A model generated the notes under the pieces. It saw only the letters and a program-made list of their open reading frames with translations. It searched no databases and was not told where the DNA came from. From Octopus vulgaris (Eukaryota), in NCBI GenBank assembly GCA_951406725.2, contig OX597826.1, forward strand, positions 49,042,001 to 49,106,000: a DNA stretch of 64,000 nucleotides, read 5' to 3'. Numbering within the stretch: position 1 is the first letter of the stretch; each line of letters starts with the position of its first letter. The position numbers and the translations under genes are program-made. Of the stretch, positions 52,678 through 64,000 are shown piece by piece.

Positions 52678-53876
52678 CTCGTAGCTTAGTTTTTCCTGGG
52701 GGCTGGCCGGATAGGAGCGATCTCAAGATTAATCAGCCGAAATTGCTACGATGATCCGGTTCTACTCTGAAGATTGAGGGCTTCGAATGTCCCGTCCGTG
52801 TTTTTTGTATCGTCTTCTAAGTGTTTTGCGTTCTTGTCCCAGTTTGTATTTTTCTACATATAATAATATATATATATATGTATATATGTATGTATGTATA
52901 CACATAATACATACATACATACATACATACATACATACATACATACATACATACATACATACATACATACATACATACATACATACACACACACCTTTTC
53001 TTCTACGGTAGCCTGGAGTCGTCCAAAAGCTTGAGAGTGGATTTAGGAGACAGAATTTGCGGAAACTCGTCGTGTGTATGTGTGTCTTAGTATTTGTGTT
53101 GTGTTTGTCTTCCGCCACCGTTTGACAACCGGTGTCAGTTTGTTTATGTTCTCGTAAGAGCGTTTCGACAAAGAAACCAATAGAATAGATATCGAACGTT
53201 ATGAAAAGAAGAAATCCTGGCGCCGATCTGTTCGCCTAAAAACCCTTCCCAGTAGTGCCCTAGCATGGTCGCAGTCCAATGACTGGAACAAGTAAAAGAT
53301 CTTTAAAATATTTCTTCCTCTCTTTCCTCTTCTCAATTTATTTCTACCTCCCACCCACCCCACCTCCTCCTTTGGCTTGTTTTCTTTGTATTGTTTTTAG
53401 ATATTTTGGCTCAAATTTTTAACTGAACATTCTGTGTGTGTCTGTGTGTGTGTCTGTGTGTTTGCATTTATTGTGTTCTAATGTGAAGGACTGTTGTTTG
53501 GACGCATTAGTTCTGTCTAGCAGAATATTGGTTCGATGATGCCATCAATATGATGATGATAGTGATGATGATGATGATGATGTTTAGTGAAGCATTGGGC
53601 AGCTTATGTAACAACGGTTAGATACAACATCGGATAATCTCATATAATCTCCTTTTATCTCCTTATCTTTCTTTCTCACTCTTTCTCACTCATTCTTTTT
53701 CTCTCGTGCGCACCAATGCAATTTGTATACACACACACACGCGCGCAAACTCACACACACACACATGCACACATCTGCATACGCACACATATAAACACGG
53801 ATTCATTCGTAGACTTGTTGAACTATACATATGTATTTGAGCGTGCACACACACACACACACGCACACACACACAC

Positions 53877-53914
<38 letters not shown>

Positions 53915-53956
53915 TCGCACACATATACGCACACAAACGCACTAACACATACTCTT

Positions 53957-54003
<47 letters not shown>

Positions 54004-54083
54004 TCTCAAACACACATATCCTCTTTTTTCACACATACACACTTTCTCCCTCTGTCCCTTTCTTCCTCCCCTCTCTCTCCTCT

Positions 54084-54130
<47 letters not shown>

Positions 54131-54348
54131 ACACACACACACACATAGAGCGGAGCGATATATATATATAGCTGAAATTTAAAGAAAAAAACAAAAGACT
54201 AAGACGGGTGTATGAACAAAAAGCAGGTGTATTAGTTTGACGCTCGAGAAAAATGGAAAAGTCTTTTACGTTTCGCGCCTACGCTCTTCAACAGAAAGGA
54301 ATAAGAGAAAATAAACAGAGAATAAAAAAAAAGGTGTTAAGTTCAGTG

Positions 54349-54414
<66 letters not shown>

Positions 54415-54971
54415 CATGAAATTGCATTAGACTCACTGGCCGATAACTGATAAGGAATTGGTAACCTTCTATGTCTGTTTTCCGTTCGTCTGTGCATTTA
54501 CTATATGCATTTTAACTTGCCATTCTGTATCTGCATTTCGTTTGTGCGTTTACAATACGTTTTTTTTTCTTCTTCACTTATTAAGTGAATATATTTGTAT
54601 ACATATATATAATATCAAAGTTGTCCATAGACCAGCTAAAACTGGGACTCAGATTAGACTGCCAACCTTGATGTATGCGTAACAAATATATATTTTCGTG
54701 TGTGTGTGTGTGTATGTGTGTGTTGATAAAGAGAGAGAGTGTGTGTGTGTGTGTCACAATCACATCAAGTCACAATCCTCTCCAGCTCACCTTGCATACA
54801 CACACACATATATACGCACACACACATTCACACACATACATACATACGTACATACATGCATACATAGATAGACACACACACACACACAGCAGTGGCAGTG
54901 GCGGCAGTGTTGGTGATGTTAGTGATGGCGGAGAGTTAGAAGGAACTGTGTGGTGGCGGCGCCGATAGTAT

Positions 54972-55200
54972 CTATTTCTTTATTGCTCACAAGGGGCTAA
55001 ACATAGAGGGGACAAACAAGGACAGACAAACGGATTAAGTCGATTACATCTACCCCAGTGCGTAACTGGTACTTAATTTATCGACCCCCGAAAGGATGAA
55101 AGGCAAAGTCGACCTCGGCGGAATTTGAAATCAGAACGTAACGGCAGACGAAATAGGGCTACGCATTTCGCCCGGCGTGCTAACGTTTCTGCCAGCTCGC
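54972..55200 (-). mobile_element. SINE family B, full length
   Basis: Close reverse-complement match to 30445-30677. Confidence 0.9.
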
Positions 55201-55250
55201 TGATATTACCGGTGGTGGTGCTGCTGCTGTTGCTGCTGCTGCTTTTGTTG

Positions 55251-55282
<32 letters not shown>

Positions 55283-55335
55283 GGTGGTGGTTATGGTAGT
55301 GTTACAGCTGTTGCTAGTGGTGGTGGTGCTGCTGC

Positions 55336-55384
<49 letters not shown>

Positions 55385-55583
55385 GGTGGTGGTGGTGGTG
55401 GTGGTGGTGGTAGTGGTGGTAGTGTTATTGCTGTTGCTGGTGGTGTTGCTACTGCTGCTGCTGCCGGTGTCGGTATTGCAGTGATACTGGGGTTAGGGGG
55501 CTAGGGAAGAGAAACCGATGCCAATGAGTACAATGAATGAATACAAGAAATATTTCTTCGGTGCTTTGCTTCAAGAATACCAA

Positions 55584-55629
<46 letters not shown>

Positions 55630-55833
55630 GTAGTTCTTTATTGTTCTGCTGTTTCTTATTTTTTTATTGTTATTTATCATTTTTTTTCTTTTTTGCTTTT
55701 GCGATACAACCAGAACAAAGTCTATCTCCACCCTTATTTACTTACCTACCCCCCAAAATACCCTCAAAATGCCCCTACAAACTATCCAACTACTAACCTT
55801 ACCCATGTATCAATTCCACCCACATTGTATCCT

Positions 55834-55893
<60 letters not shown>

Positions 55894-56499
55894 CTTCAGA
55901 CTTTCACATCCCACCTCCACCCCACCCGCACACACGCATACACCCACGCCCTTCTCGCCCTCCCCCTTCCAACAAACTGGAGGAAATTGGGGGAACTTTT
56001 CTGTTGTCAGTGAACCCTAACTAACCAAGTCAGTAAATTAGAACAAAGGAACATCACACCGCCATCACAGTTACCACCCCGCCGCCACCGCCGACTGCTC
56101 CAGCGTCGCCATCACTATTACCATCGTCATCATCATCATCATCATCATCATTATCTTCATCACCAATGTCATTGTCACCAAAAGTGATGTACCACCATCA
56201 TCATAACAACAATCATCATCTCCATCATCATCAACACCGTCGTCATCATCATCATCGTCGTCGTTGTCATCGCCATCATCTTCATCATCATCATCATCAT
56301 GAACGTCATTGTTACCATCGTCACCATCATCTAAATGATCCTATTCATCATCATCATCACCATCATCATCCTAATCATCATCATCCTTAATAATAATAAG
56401 AAGAATCATCGTCATCATGGTTGTCATCACCGTCATCGTCATCATGTCGTCGTCAATCATTATGGTCATCATCATTTCTTCTTCTTCTTCTTCTTCTTC

Positions 56500-56540
<41 letters not shown>

Positions 56541-57043
56541 GTTATTATTATTATTATTCACCACATCACAACAACAACAGAAACAGGAGTAAAGATACTT
56601 AAAGTGATCACTGACTTTCTCGATACAATTGCCAAACCTCACTCCAATCATATCATACTTTAGTGGTTCGCAACACTTAGAACCCTTGTGGGACATCGGA
56701 GGTCATGCTTTGGTCAGTCATGAGACCTAGGTCTTGTAAGGCCAGAGTTTAATCCAGTATCCATGGCGTGCAAGTGACAGAAGTTATAACACCACCTACT
56801 CCTGAACGGGATGCCAGTCCATCTCAGGATTAATTTCCCTGCTATTACTGAAACTTACTTTCAACTGAATGGATTCGAGCAACATTGAATGAAATTCTTT
56901 GCTGAAAAACACAAATTACCACACGGTCCGAGAATCGAAACCACGTACTTATGATCGTCAGGGTAGCACCCTAGCCACTTTGCCAGGCGCCTTTTCATTG
57001 TATATCAGGAAAAAAAATAGATGAAATAAAATTGGCGTACATG

Positions 57044-57458
57044 GGCGCAGGCGTAGCTGTGGGGTAAGAAGCTTGCTTCCCAACCACATGGTTCTTGATT
57101 CAGTCCCACTGCGTAGTACCTTGGGCAAGTATCTTCTACTATAGCCTCAGGCTGACCAAATCCTTGTAAGTGGATTTCGTAGACGGAAACTGAAAGAAGC
57201 CCACCGTATTTGTATATATGTATGCCTCTATGTGTGTGTCTTTCTGTTTGTATTTGTCCCCCATCACCGCTTGACAACTGGTGTTGGTGTATTTACATCC
57301 CCCGTAACTTAGCGGTTCGGCAAAAGAAAACCGATAGAATAATTACTAGGCTTACAAAGGATAAGTCACGGGGTTAATTTCTTCGACTAAAATCCTTCAA
57401 GGTGATGCTCCGGCATGGCTGCAGTCAAATGACCGAAACAAGTAAAAGAATAAAAGAA
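57044..57458 (+). mobile_element. SINE family A, full length
   Basis: Same layout as 27559-27937. Confidence 0.9.
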
Positions 57459-58009
57459 TTAGCTTTCAAATTAAAAATTTAGAAAAAGAATCGAGAAAAT
57501 TATTATCTAAGCTGGAGAGCTCCAGCATGACCGCAATCCAATGACTAGATTACTTCAAAGAACACGCCTTGTTTTATTAATTATATTAATTATACAAAGC
57601 CGTAATTTGTATTTGTAAAATTACTCAAGGTGCTTGGGTACCCATGACGGTGAACCAGGACGCTGTAATACCCCGTTTGCGAAATGTCCGATTGCTTTAA
57701 AACGTGGACATGCTAGTTAATGTGGTCCTTGATGCATTATGTCTGAGAGATCGACTGAATGGACATGGCTAGAACGTCTTTGCTTATAGATCTGTGTTTA
57801 GTCTTTGAAGACAGTGAAGTTAGTGTTAACAGGTTTGACTGTGTGGGTAAGATGTCTGCTTCACAACCACTTTCAATCAGGTTCAGAGCCACTGCACTGC
57901 ACCTTGGGCAAGTGTTTTCTGCTATAGCCTCGGGCCGACGAAAAGCTTGTGAGGAGATTTGGTAGACGGAAACTGAAAGAATCCCGTCGTTTATACACAC
58001 ACACACATA

Positions 58010-58150
58010 TCTAATATAATAAAAGCGAAAATTAATTTCTGTGTGTCACTGTGTCACACTTAGATCCCGTCTCTCACTGTTCAATGACACTCATCAGGCG
58101 AGACTCATCAAGGAACCGCCAGATCTCGTGATTTCAGTGTACTGCACTAT
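58010..58150 (+). mobile_element. Possible Helitron 5' end
   Basis: A|TC start followed by TAATATAATAAAAG, typical of non-autonomous Helitron 5' termini; no matching 3' end found downstream. Confidence 0.35.
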
Positions 58151-58578
58151 ATCAGTGGCATACGTATGCATGCATCTATGGATGGATAGATAGATGGATG
58201 CATGCATGGACATGTGTGTGTGTGTGTGTGCATGTTTATGTATGTATGTGTGTGTGTGTATGTATGTATGTATGCATGTATGTGTGTGTGTATGTATGTA
58301 TGTATGTATGTATGTATGTATGTATGTATGTATGTATGCATGCATGTATGTATGTATGTATGTATGTATGTATGTATGTATGTATGTATGTATGTATGTA
58401 GATCGCTAGCCACTACGCATTCTTTATTTTCTCTCCTTGTTTCTTTCTGTGTTCCTTTCTGTGGAAGAGCGTAGGCTCGAAATGTTAAAGACATTTTTAC
58501 TTCCCGAGTGTTAAACTAATACATCTGTCTGTTGTCTACACCACCTGTCTTCGTCTTTTTTTTGTGTGAATTCTCCCC

Positions 58579-58613
<35 letters not shown>

Positions 58614-59070
58614 GTATGCATGTATGTATGTATGTATGTATGTATGTATGTATGTATGTATGTATGTATGTATGTATGTATGTATGTATGTATGTATGTG
58701 TCAACATGATTATGTTTTAGTGTCTCACTGCTTGACAACCAGCGTTGGTTTGTTTATGTCTCCATAATATAAACGGATAGAATAAGTACAGTTTTTGTTT
58801 GTTTTAATCATACAAATTAATACGAGTTCTAGCGAAAATTTTTCGTTATTCTTTTTCTATAGATATAAAAACAATTTGTAGCGATTGATCTCGCAGGTTT
58901 AGATTTGACTATGATTCGCTGATGAGGTCCATACGACCAGAACATGTCAACTATCACCTTACCTTGTAAGCAAGGATCCGATTTTCTTTACGAATGTCAA
59001 TTAATATTTTTATAAAATTAGCTCTTAATTTCACATACATACATACATAAATATTCACACACACACACAC

Positions 59071-59122
<52 letters not shown>

Positions 59123-60267
59123 TCTCTCTCACACACACACACACATACACACACGCATATATCTTTTATTTGTTTGTAATAGGACTGCGGCCACGTTGGG
59201 GTATTGAAGGGTTTTAGTTGTACGAATCGACCCCAGCACTTGAATATTTTCGTTTGCATGTATGTGTGCATGTGTATGTATCTGTGTATGTATATGTGTA
59301 TACATGCATACATACATACATACATAAATAAATACATGTGTATGTGTATACATACATACATACATACATACATACATACATACATACACACACACATGCA
59401 CACATACATACATACATACATACACACACACACATACATACATACATACATACATACGCACATACATACATACATACATACATACATACATACATACATA
59501 CACACATGCACACATACATACATACATACATACACACACACATACATACATACATACATACATACATACATACATACATACATACATACATACATACATA
59601 CATACATACATACTTACATACATACAAATTTATACACACACATAAAAACACTCACACACATTCTCACACACACACTCACACGCACTCATACATTCACATT
59701 TAAATTGAAAACAACAACAACAACAACAACAAAACAATTGGTCTGTGAAAAACGCAATAAAGGACACTGAAGAACTAAATGAGGCCAAAGCTGGTAGATA
59801 AAGAAAGAGATGAGATGCTAATCTAAGAACATTTCTATGAGGAGAATGGGACACAGGGTTGGGGTGGGGGTGGGGGTAGGTGAGTAAGGACAAACTGGCC
59901 AGCCCCTCGACTGCACTAAGTAACCTATTAGTTTCACTGACCCACAGAAAACCCCATTAGAAATTAATGACTAGTACTTAATTATTCCACTTGTCCAGAC
60001 CATCTGTAACTACTCGGTTTTTACGAGTCAATGAGAATGCTGCCCTTCGTATGTGGACCGTTAGAGCAACCTGTTAGAAACAACAGTCAAACCTCGATTA
60101 AAATCAGAATGGAAGTCACGCTCGATAATGTAGTCTTGCATCCAGTGTTGTCTCAAGACATGGACAAACTTGACAGTTTGCGCAGCGGTCTTTGCGGGTC
60201 TAGCGGCTCCAATTCTGATCTATGTACATCGTGGTTTTGCTGTCAAGAAATATGTAATATATGTACA

Positions 60268-60850
60268 GGCGCAGGTGCGGCTGTGTGGTAAGAAGCTTGC
60301 TTCCCAGCCACACGGTTCCGGGTTCAGTCTCACAGCGTTGCATCTTGAGCAGGTGTCTTCTACTATAGCCTCGAACGAACTGACCAAAGGCTTGTAAGTG
60401 GATTTGGTAGACGGAATCTGAAAGAAGTCCGTCACATATACACACATACATACATGCATACATATATATATACATACATACATACATACATACATACATA
60501 CATACATGCATACATACATATATACATACATACATACTATACATATGCACACACACACACACATACACACACATATATATGCACACACACATATATATAT
60601 ATGCACTCACGCGATGGGCTATATACACATGTCGGTGTGAGTTTGTATCTTTGTGTCAGTGTTTGTACCCCACCACCGCTTAAAAACTGGTCTTGGTTTG
60701 TTGACGTCCTTGGCCGACAGAATAAGTAACTGGCTTAAAAACAGCGGGAAAAAACTACTGGCGGTCGATTCGTTCGATTAAAAACCCTTGAAGGCGATGC
60801 TCCAGCATGGCCACCGTACAATAACATAAACAAGTGAAACAAAAGATAAA
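60268..60850 (+). mobile_element. SINE family A with expanded internal microsatellite
   Basis: Head 60268-60433, (CATA/CA)n expansion, tail to 60850. Confidence 0.85.
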
Positions 60851-61384
60851 ATATATAAGGCGCAGGGCATTGTTTCGACCGGGGGTTTATAATGTTGCTT
60901 CGACGACCCTACCAGTACTGTAATCCCTCGATTATCGCGGGTGTTACGTTCCAAACCCACTCACCCCGCGATATGTGAAAATCCGCGATGTAGAAACAGT
61001 ACTCTACACATTAACTCTTCTACTTGTTTCAGTCATTTGACTGCGGCCATGCTGGAGCACCGCCTTTAGTCGAACAAATCGACTTCAGGACTTATTCTTT
61101 GTAAGCCTACTATTTATTCTATCTGTAGGTTATAAATATTCACTATTTGACGAAGGTCTAATAATACCAAGGACTTTCCAGAAAGATCCTATTTTTCTAT
61201 CCAGGGATATATATATATACAGTTAATCCAAACGAGAAAACACAAAGAGAAAACACAACAACGCGATGGCGTGGAACAAATATAGTATTATTGGACGCTC
61301 AGGGGGTTTAACGTTTCGAGCGGAGCTCTTCGTCGGAAACATAGGAGAAGGAAAGATCCAGATATATATATATATATATATATA

Positions 61385-61620
61385 TAAACTTAGATTTTAA
61401 AAATTAGATATGTTTCGACCAAAGATTGGTTCAGGCCATGCCTAACTTAATCGCACCACCAGACAGGATTATCTAAATCCTTTTAAAGTCAAATTTTGTT
61501 TATGGTCCATTTAAGTAGTGAGTTCTTGTTGAGTGAGTTGTATCCAGGTATGGGTGGCTTATCTGGTATTCCTTGAAGAAATCTGTCCAGAAATCTTTAA
61601 TCAGTTTTGGGGCAATGTTT
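61385..61620 (-). pseudogene. 3' end of a CR1/L2-group LINE
   Basis: Minus strand translates NIAPKLIK then RFLDRFLQGIPDKPPIPGYNSLNKNSLLKW, resembling the LD-FL--IPD-P---GY---NSL C-terminus of invertebrate CR1-like ORF2; short 3' UTR follows. Confidence 0.7.
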
Positions 61621-61876
61621 ATTTATTTATTTATTTAAAAAAAAAACCTCGATTCAATAACACCGTTTACAAACTCTATGCTTGGAATACCAATTTTAAA
61701 TACTATTGGAACTTATTCACAAAGTACGGGAATCTTATATGTAAACCATTCTGCCTAAATAATGGAACTGAAGTTAAAATATCCCTGCATATCTCACGTC
61801 TATTTCCATTCCTCCACTTCACTTTCTGTTTCATATCTTATCTAGAATAACTATTGCCTAACCATTCTCTCACACC

Positions 61877-61924
61877 GTCTCCGATGAGGGGATATATAAA
61901 ATATCCCGGAAACAGCTGTAAGAC
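61877..61924 (+). ncRNA. Type I hammerhead-like motif
   Basis: GTCT-CCGATGA-G-GGGATA(tataaaa)TATCCC-G-GAAA-CAGCTG-T-A-AGAC; 8 nt palindromic ACAGCTGT stem III. Confidence 0.65.
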
Positions 61925-62479
61925 CTTGTATTTATAAATGTTCTGAAATCTTTCACAGCTTTGGATTTTTATCTCATTCTGTCAATTTATATATATAGGT
62001 GGTTAAAGTTTCTTTTTTCCTTTTTTTTTTTACTTTTTTTGGTTTTTGCAATTGTGAATCTGGATGAAGGAACACAACCCATGACCCTTGCAAGTTTTCT
62101 GAGACAAGACAGTTTGATACCGTTAATGCTCTTTTTAAGCCGTATCAGATTAACACTTATAATAAGAACTGAAGACTCTGGAGGGATTATGTTGTGGGGT
62201 TGAAGGACTAGAAATAACGATTCGTGCAGGACCTACGTGTTTGATGCACCAGTAGTGCAAGAGATGGAAAGAAGAGTGCTATGCACGAATCTCTAGCCTT
62301 CTGTGTCTCTTTTGCTACTTCAGCCGACTCCAAAATTATGTGTATATATATATTCTTTGAACTTCAGACGTTTCCGAAACTACACTGATTCTAGTCTTCA
62401 TGACTGATGAAAGGTGTTCCACATTTGGTTCTCCTTTTCTGATTGATAATCGTTTCCATGTTCCATTTCCATTCTCATA

Positions 62480-62537
<58 letters not shown>

Positions 62538-63359
62538 ACACACACACACACACACACGCACACACATATATATACGCACATATGGGGCTGGCAATCGTCT
62601 TCCCAAACTCACCAAGAAAATTATGCGTCCATTGTCAATCAAACTGACCGCTTTAGCTGTGTCCTACTTTATACTTCCACATACATACATACATACATAC
62701 ATACATACATACATACACGCATACATACATACATACATACATGCATGCATACTTATATACATACACTATTTAGCTATAAGCTACTAACTCTCCGTGGACA
62801 TATAAAATTTCTCAATCCTTCCCTGATGAATGTCTGAAGGCAAAAAACTAGTTTCAGCCCCTCTCTTCTGTCCAAACTAAGACACAAACCTGTTGTTAAA
62901 TCACTTCGTGCGCACAGCAAGGTCAAAATCATGTTTTGTTTTGTTTTTATAACAGATAAAAAATCCTTACATGACATGTTTCTTTATTTAGGAAGACAGT
63001 GATGTTGGAAACTCTTGTAAAAAAGGGGAAAAAAAACCCACAAAAAACAAAGCTAAGAAAAAAATTTGACAAAAGATGAAATTCCAGGATTGTTAAGTTT
63101 AACAATAGGAATTGCTGTGTGCATATTTGTGTAGTGTAAGAACTAGAGGCGGCGGTGGCGGTGGCGGTGGAAGTGGTGGTGGTAGAGGCGGCGGTGGTGA
63201 TGGTGGTGGACGTGGCAGTAGTGGTGGTGGTGGTGGACGTGGCAGTAGTGGTGGTGGTGGTGGTGGTGGGAGAATTGGTTGTGGTGATGTTGAAGTTAGT
63301 ATTTGACAGGGATACTCGTGGTGACAGTACTAGCAGAGATGACGCGATAGTTGAACTAG

Positions 63360-63433
63360 TGGTGGTGGTGGTGGTAGTAGTAGTAGTAGCAGCAGCAGCA
63401 GCAGCAGTAGTAGCAGCTGCTGCTGCTGCTGCT

Positions 63434-63488
<55 letters not shown>

Positions 63489-63558
63489 CAGTAGTAATAG
63501 TAGTAGTAGTAGTAGTAGTAGTAGCGGCAGTAGTAATAGTAGTAGTAGTAGCAGTGGC

Positions 63559-63599
<41 letters not shown>

Positions 63600-63633
63600 C
63601 GGCAGTAGTAATAGTAGTAGTAGTAGCAGTGGC

Positions 63634-63686
<53 letters not shown>

Positions 63687-63770
63687 CAGCGGCAGTAGTA
63701 ATAGTAGTAGTAGCAGCAGCAGCAGTGGTGGTGGTGGTAGTGGTGGTAGTGGTGGTGGTGGTGGTGGTGT
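63360..63770. repeat. Compound (GTA/GCA/GGT)n array
   Basis: Direct reading. Confidence 0.95.
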
Positions 63771-64000
63771 GTTGGTCTTCTTTGTGACGTTAGTCGTCGT
63801 GGTAATAGTAGGAGCAGTAGTAGCAGTAGCAGCAACAGTGAAGATTGATGGTAGTGGTGAATTAAGGCTGAAGGCCGAGGCTAGCGCAACAGGTTATTAT
63901 TTAGCTCCAGGTCAGTTTTGATTTCATCAGACCTTTGACCAAAGATGTCCCAACAGTCACGATCTCACCCCTTTCTCACTCTCTCTCTCTCTCTCTCTCT

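Noticed and set aside
62400-62430. Isolated CTGATGA
   Set aside because: No stem II or downstream GAAA; expected by chance.

Overview
Eukaryotic, AT-rich, non-coding window. It is most likely intron or intergenic DNA from an octopus-like cephalopod, inferred from recognisable tRNA-derived SINE families and extreme microsatellite density. No intact host protein-coding gene can be supported, and almost every ORF in the track is a translated microsatellite. The window is a mosaic of (TA/CA/TATG/GATA/GAT/GGT/TAG)n arrays and dozens of copies of about six SINE families. It also holds three LINE 3' remnants (Tx1/L1-like with zinc finger, R4/Dong-like restriction-type endonuclease, CR1-like), a probable solo LTR, Tc1/mariner, pogo and piggyBac MITEs, and Helitron ends. 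The main hidden signal is about two dozen minimal type I hammerhead-ribozyme-like motifs in short elements mostly lodged in or beside (TA)n-type tracts. They come from many sequence families, usually have palindromic stem III, show C3-G8, U3-A8 and G3-C8 core covariation, and three sit in fold-back pairs. This pattern resembles non-autonomous Penelope-like (PLE) elements. Two SINE families also appear to share 3' tails with LINE remnants in the same window. All structure calls were made by eye and need computational and biochemical confirmation.
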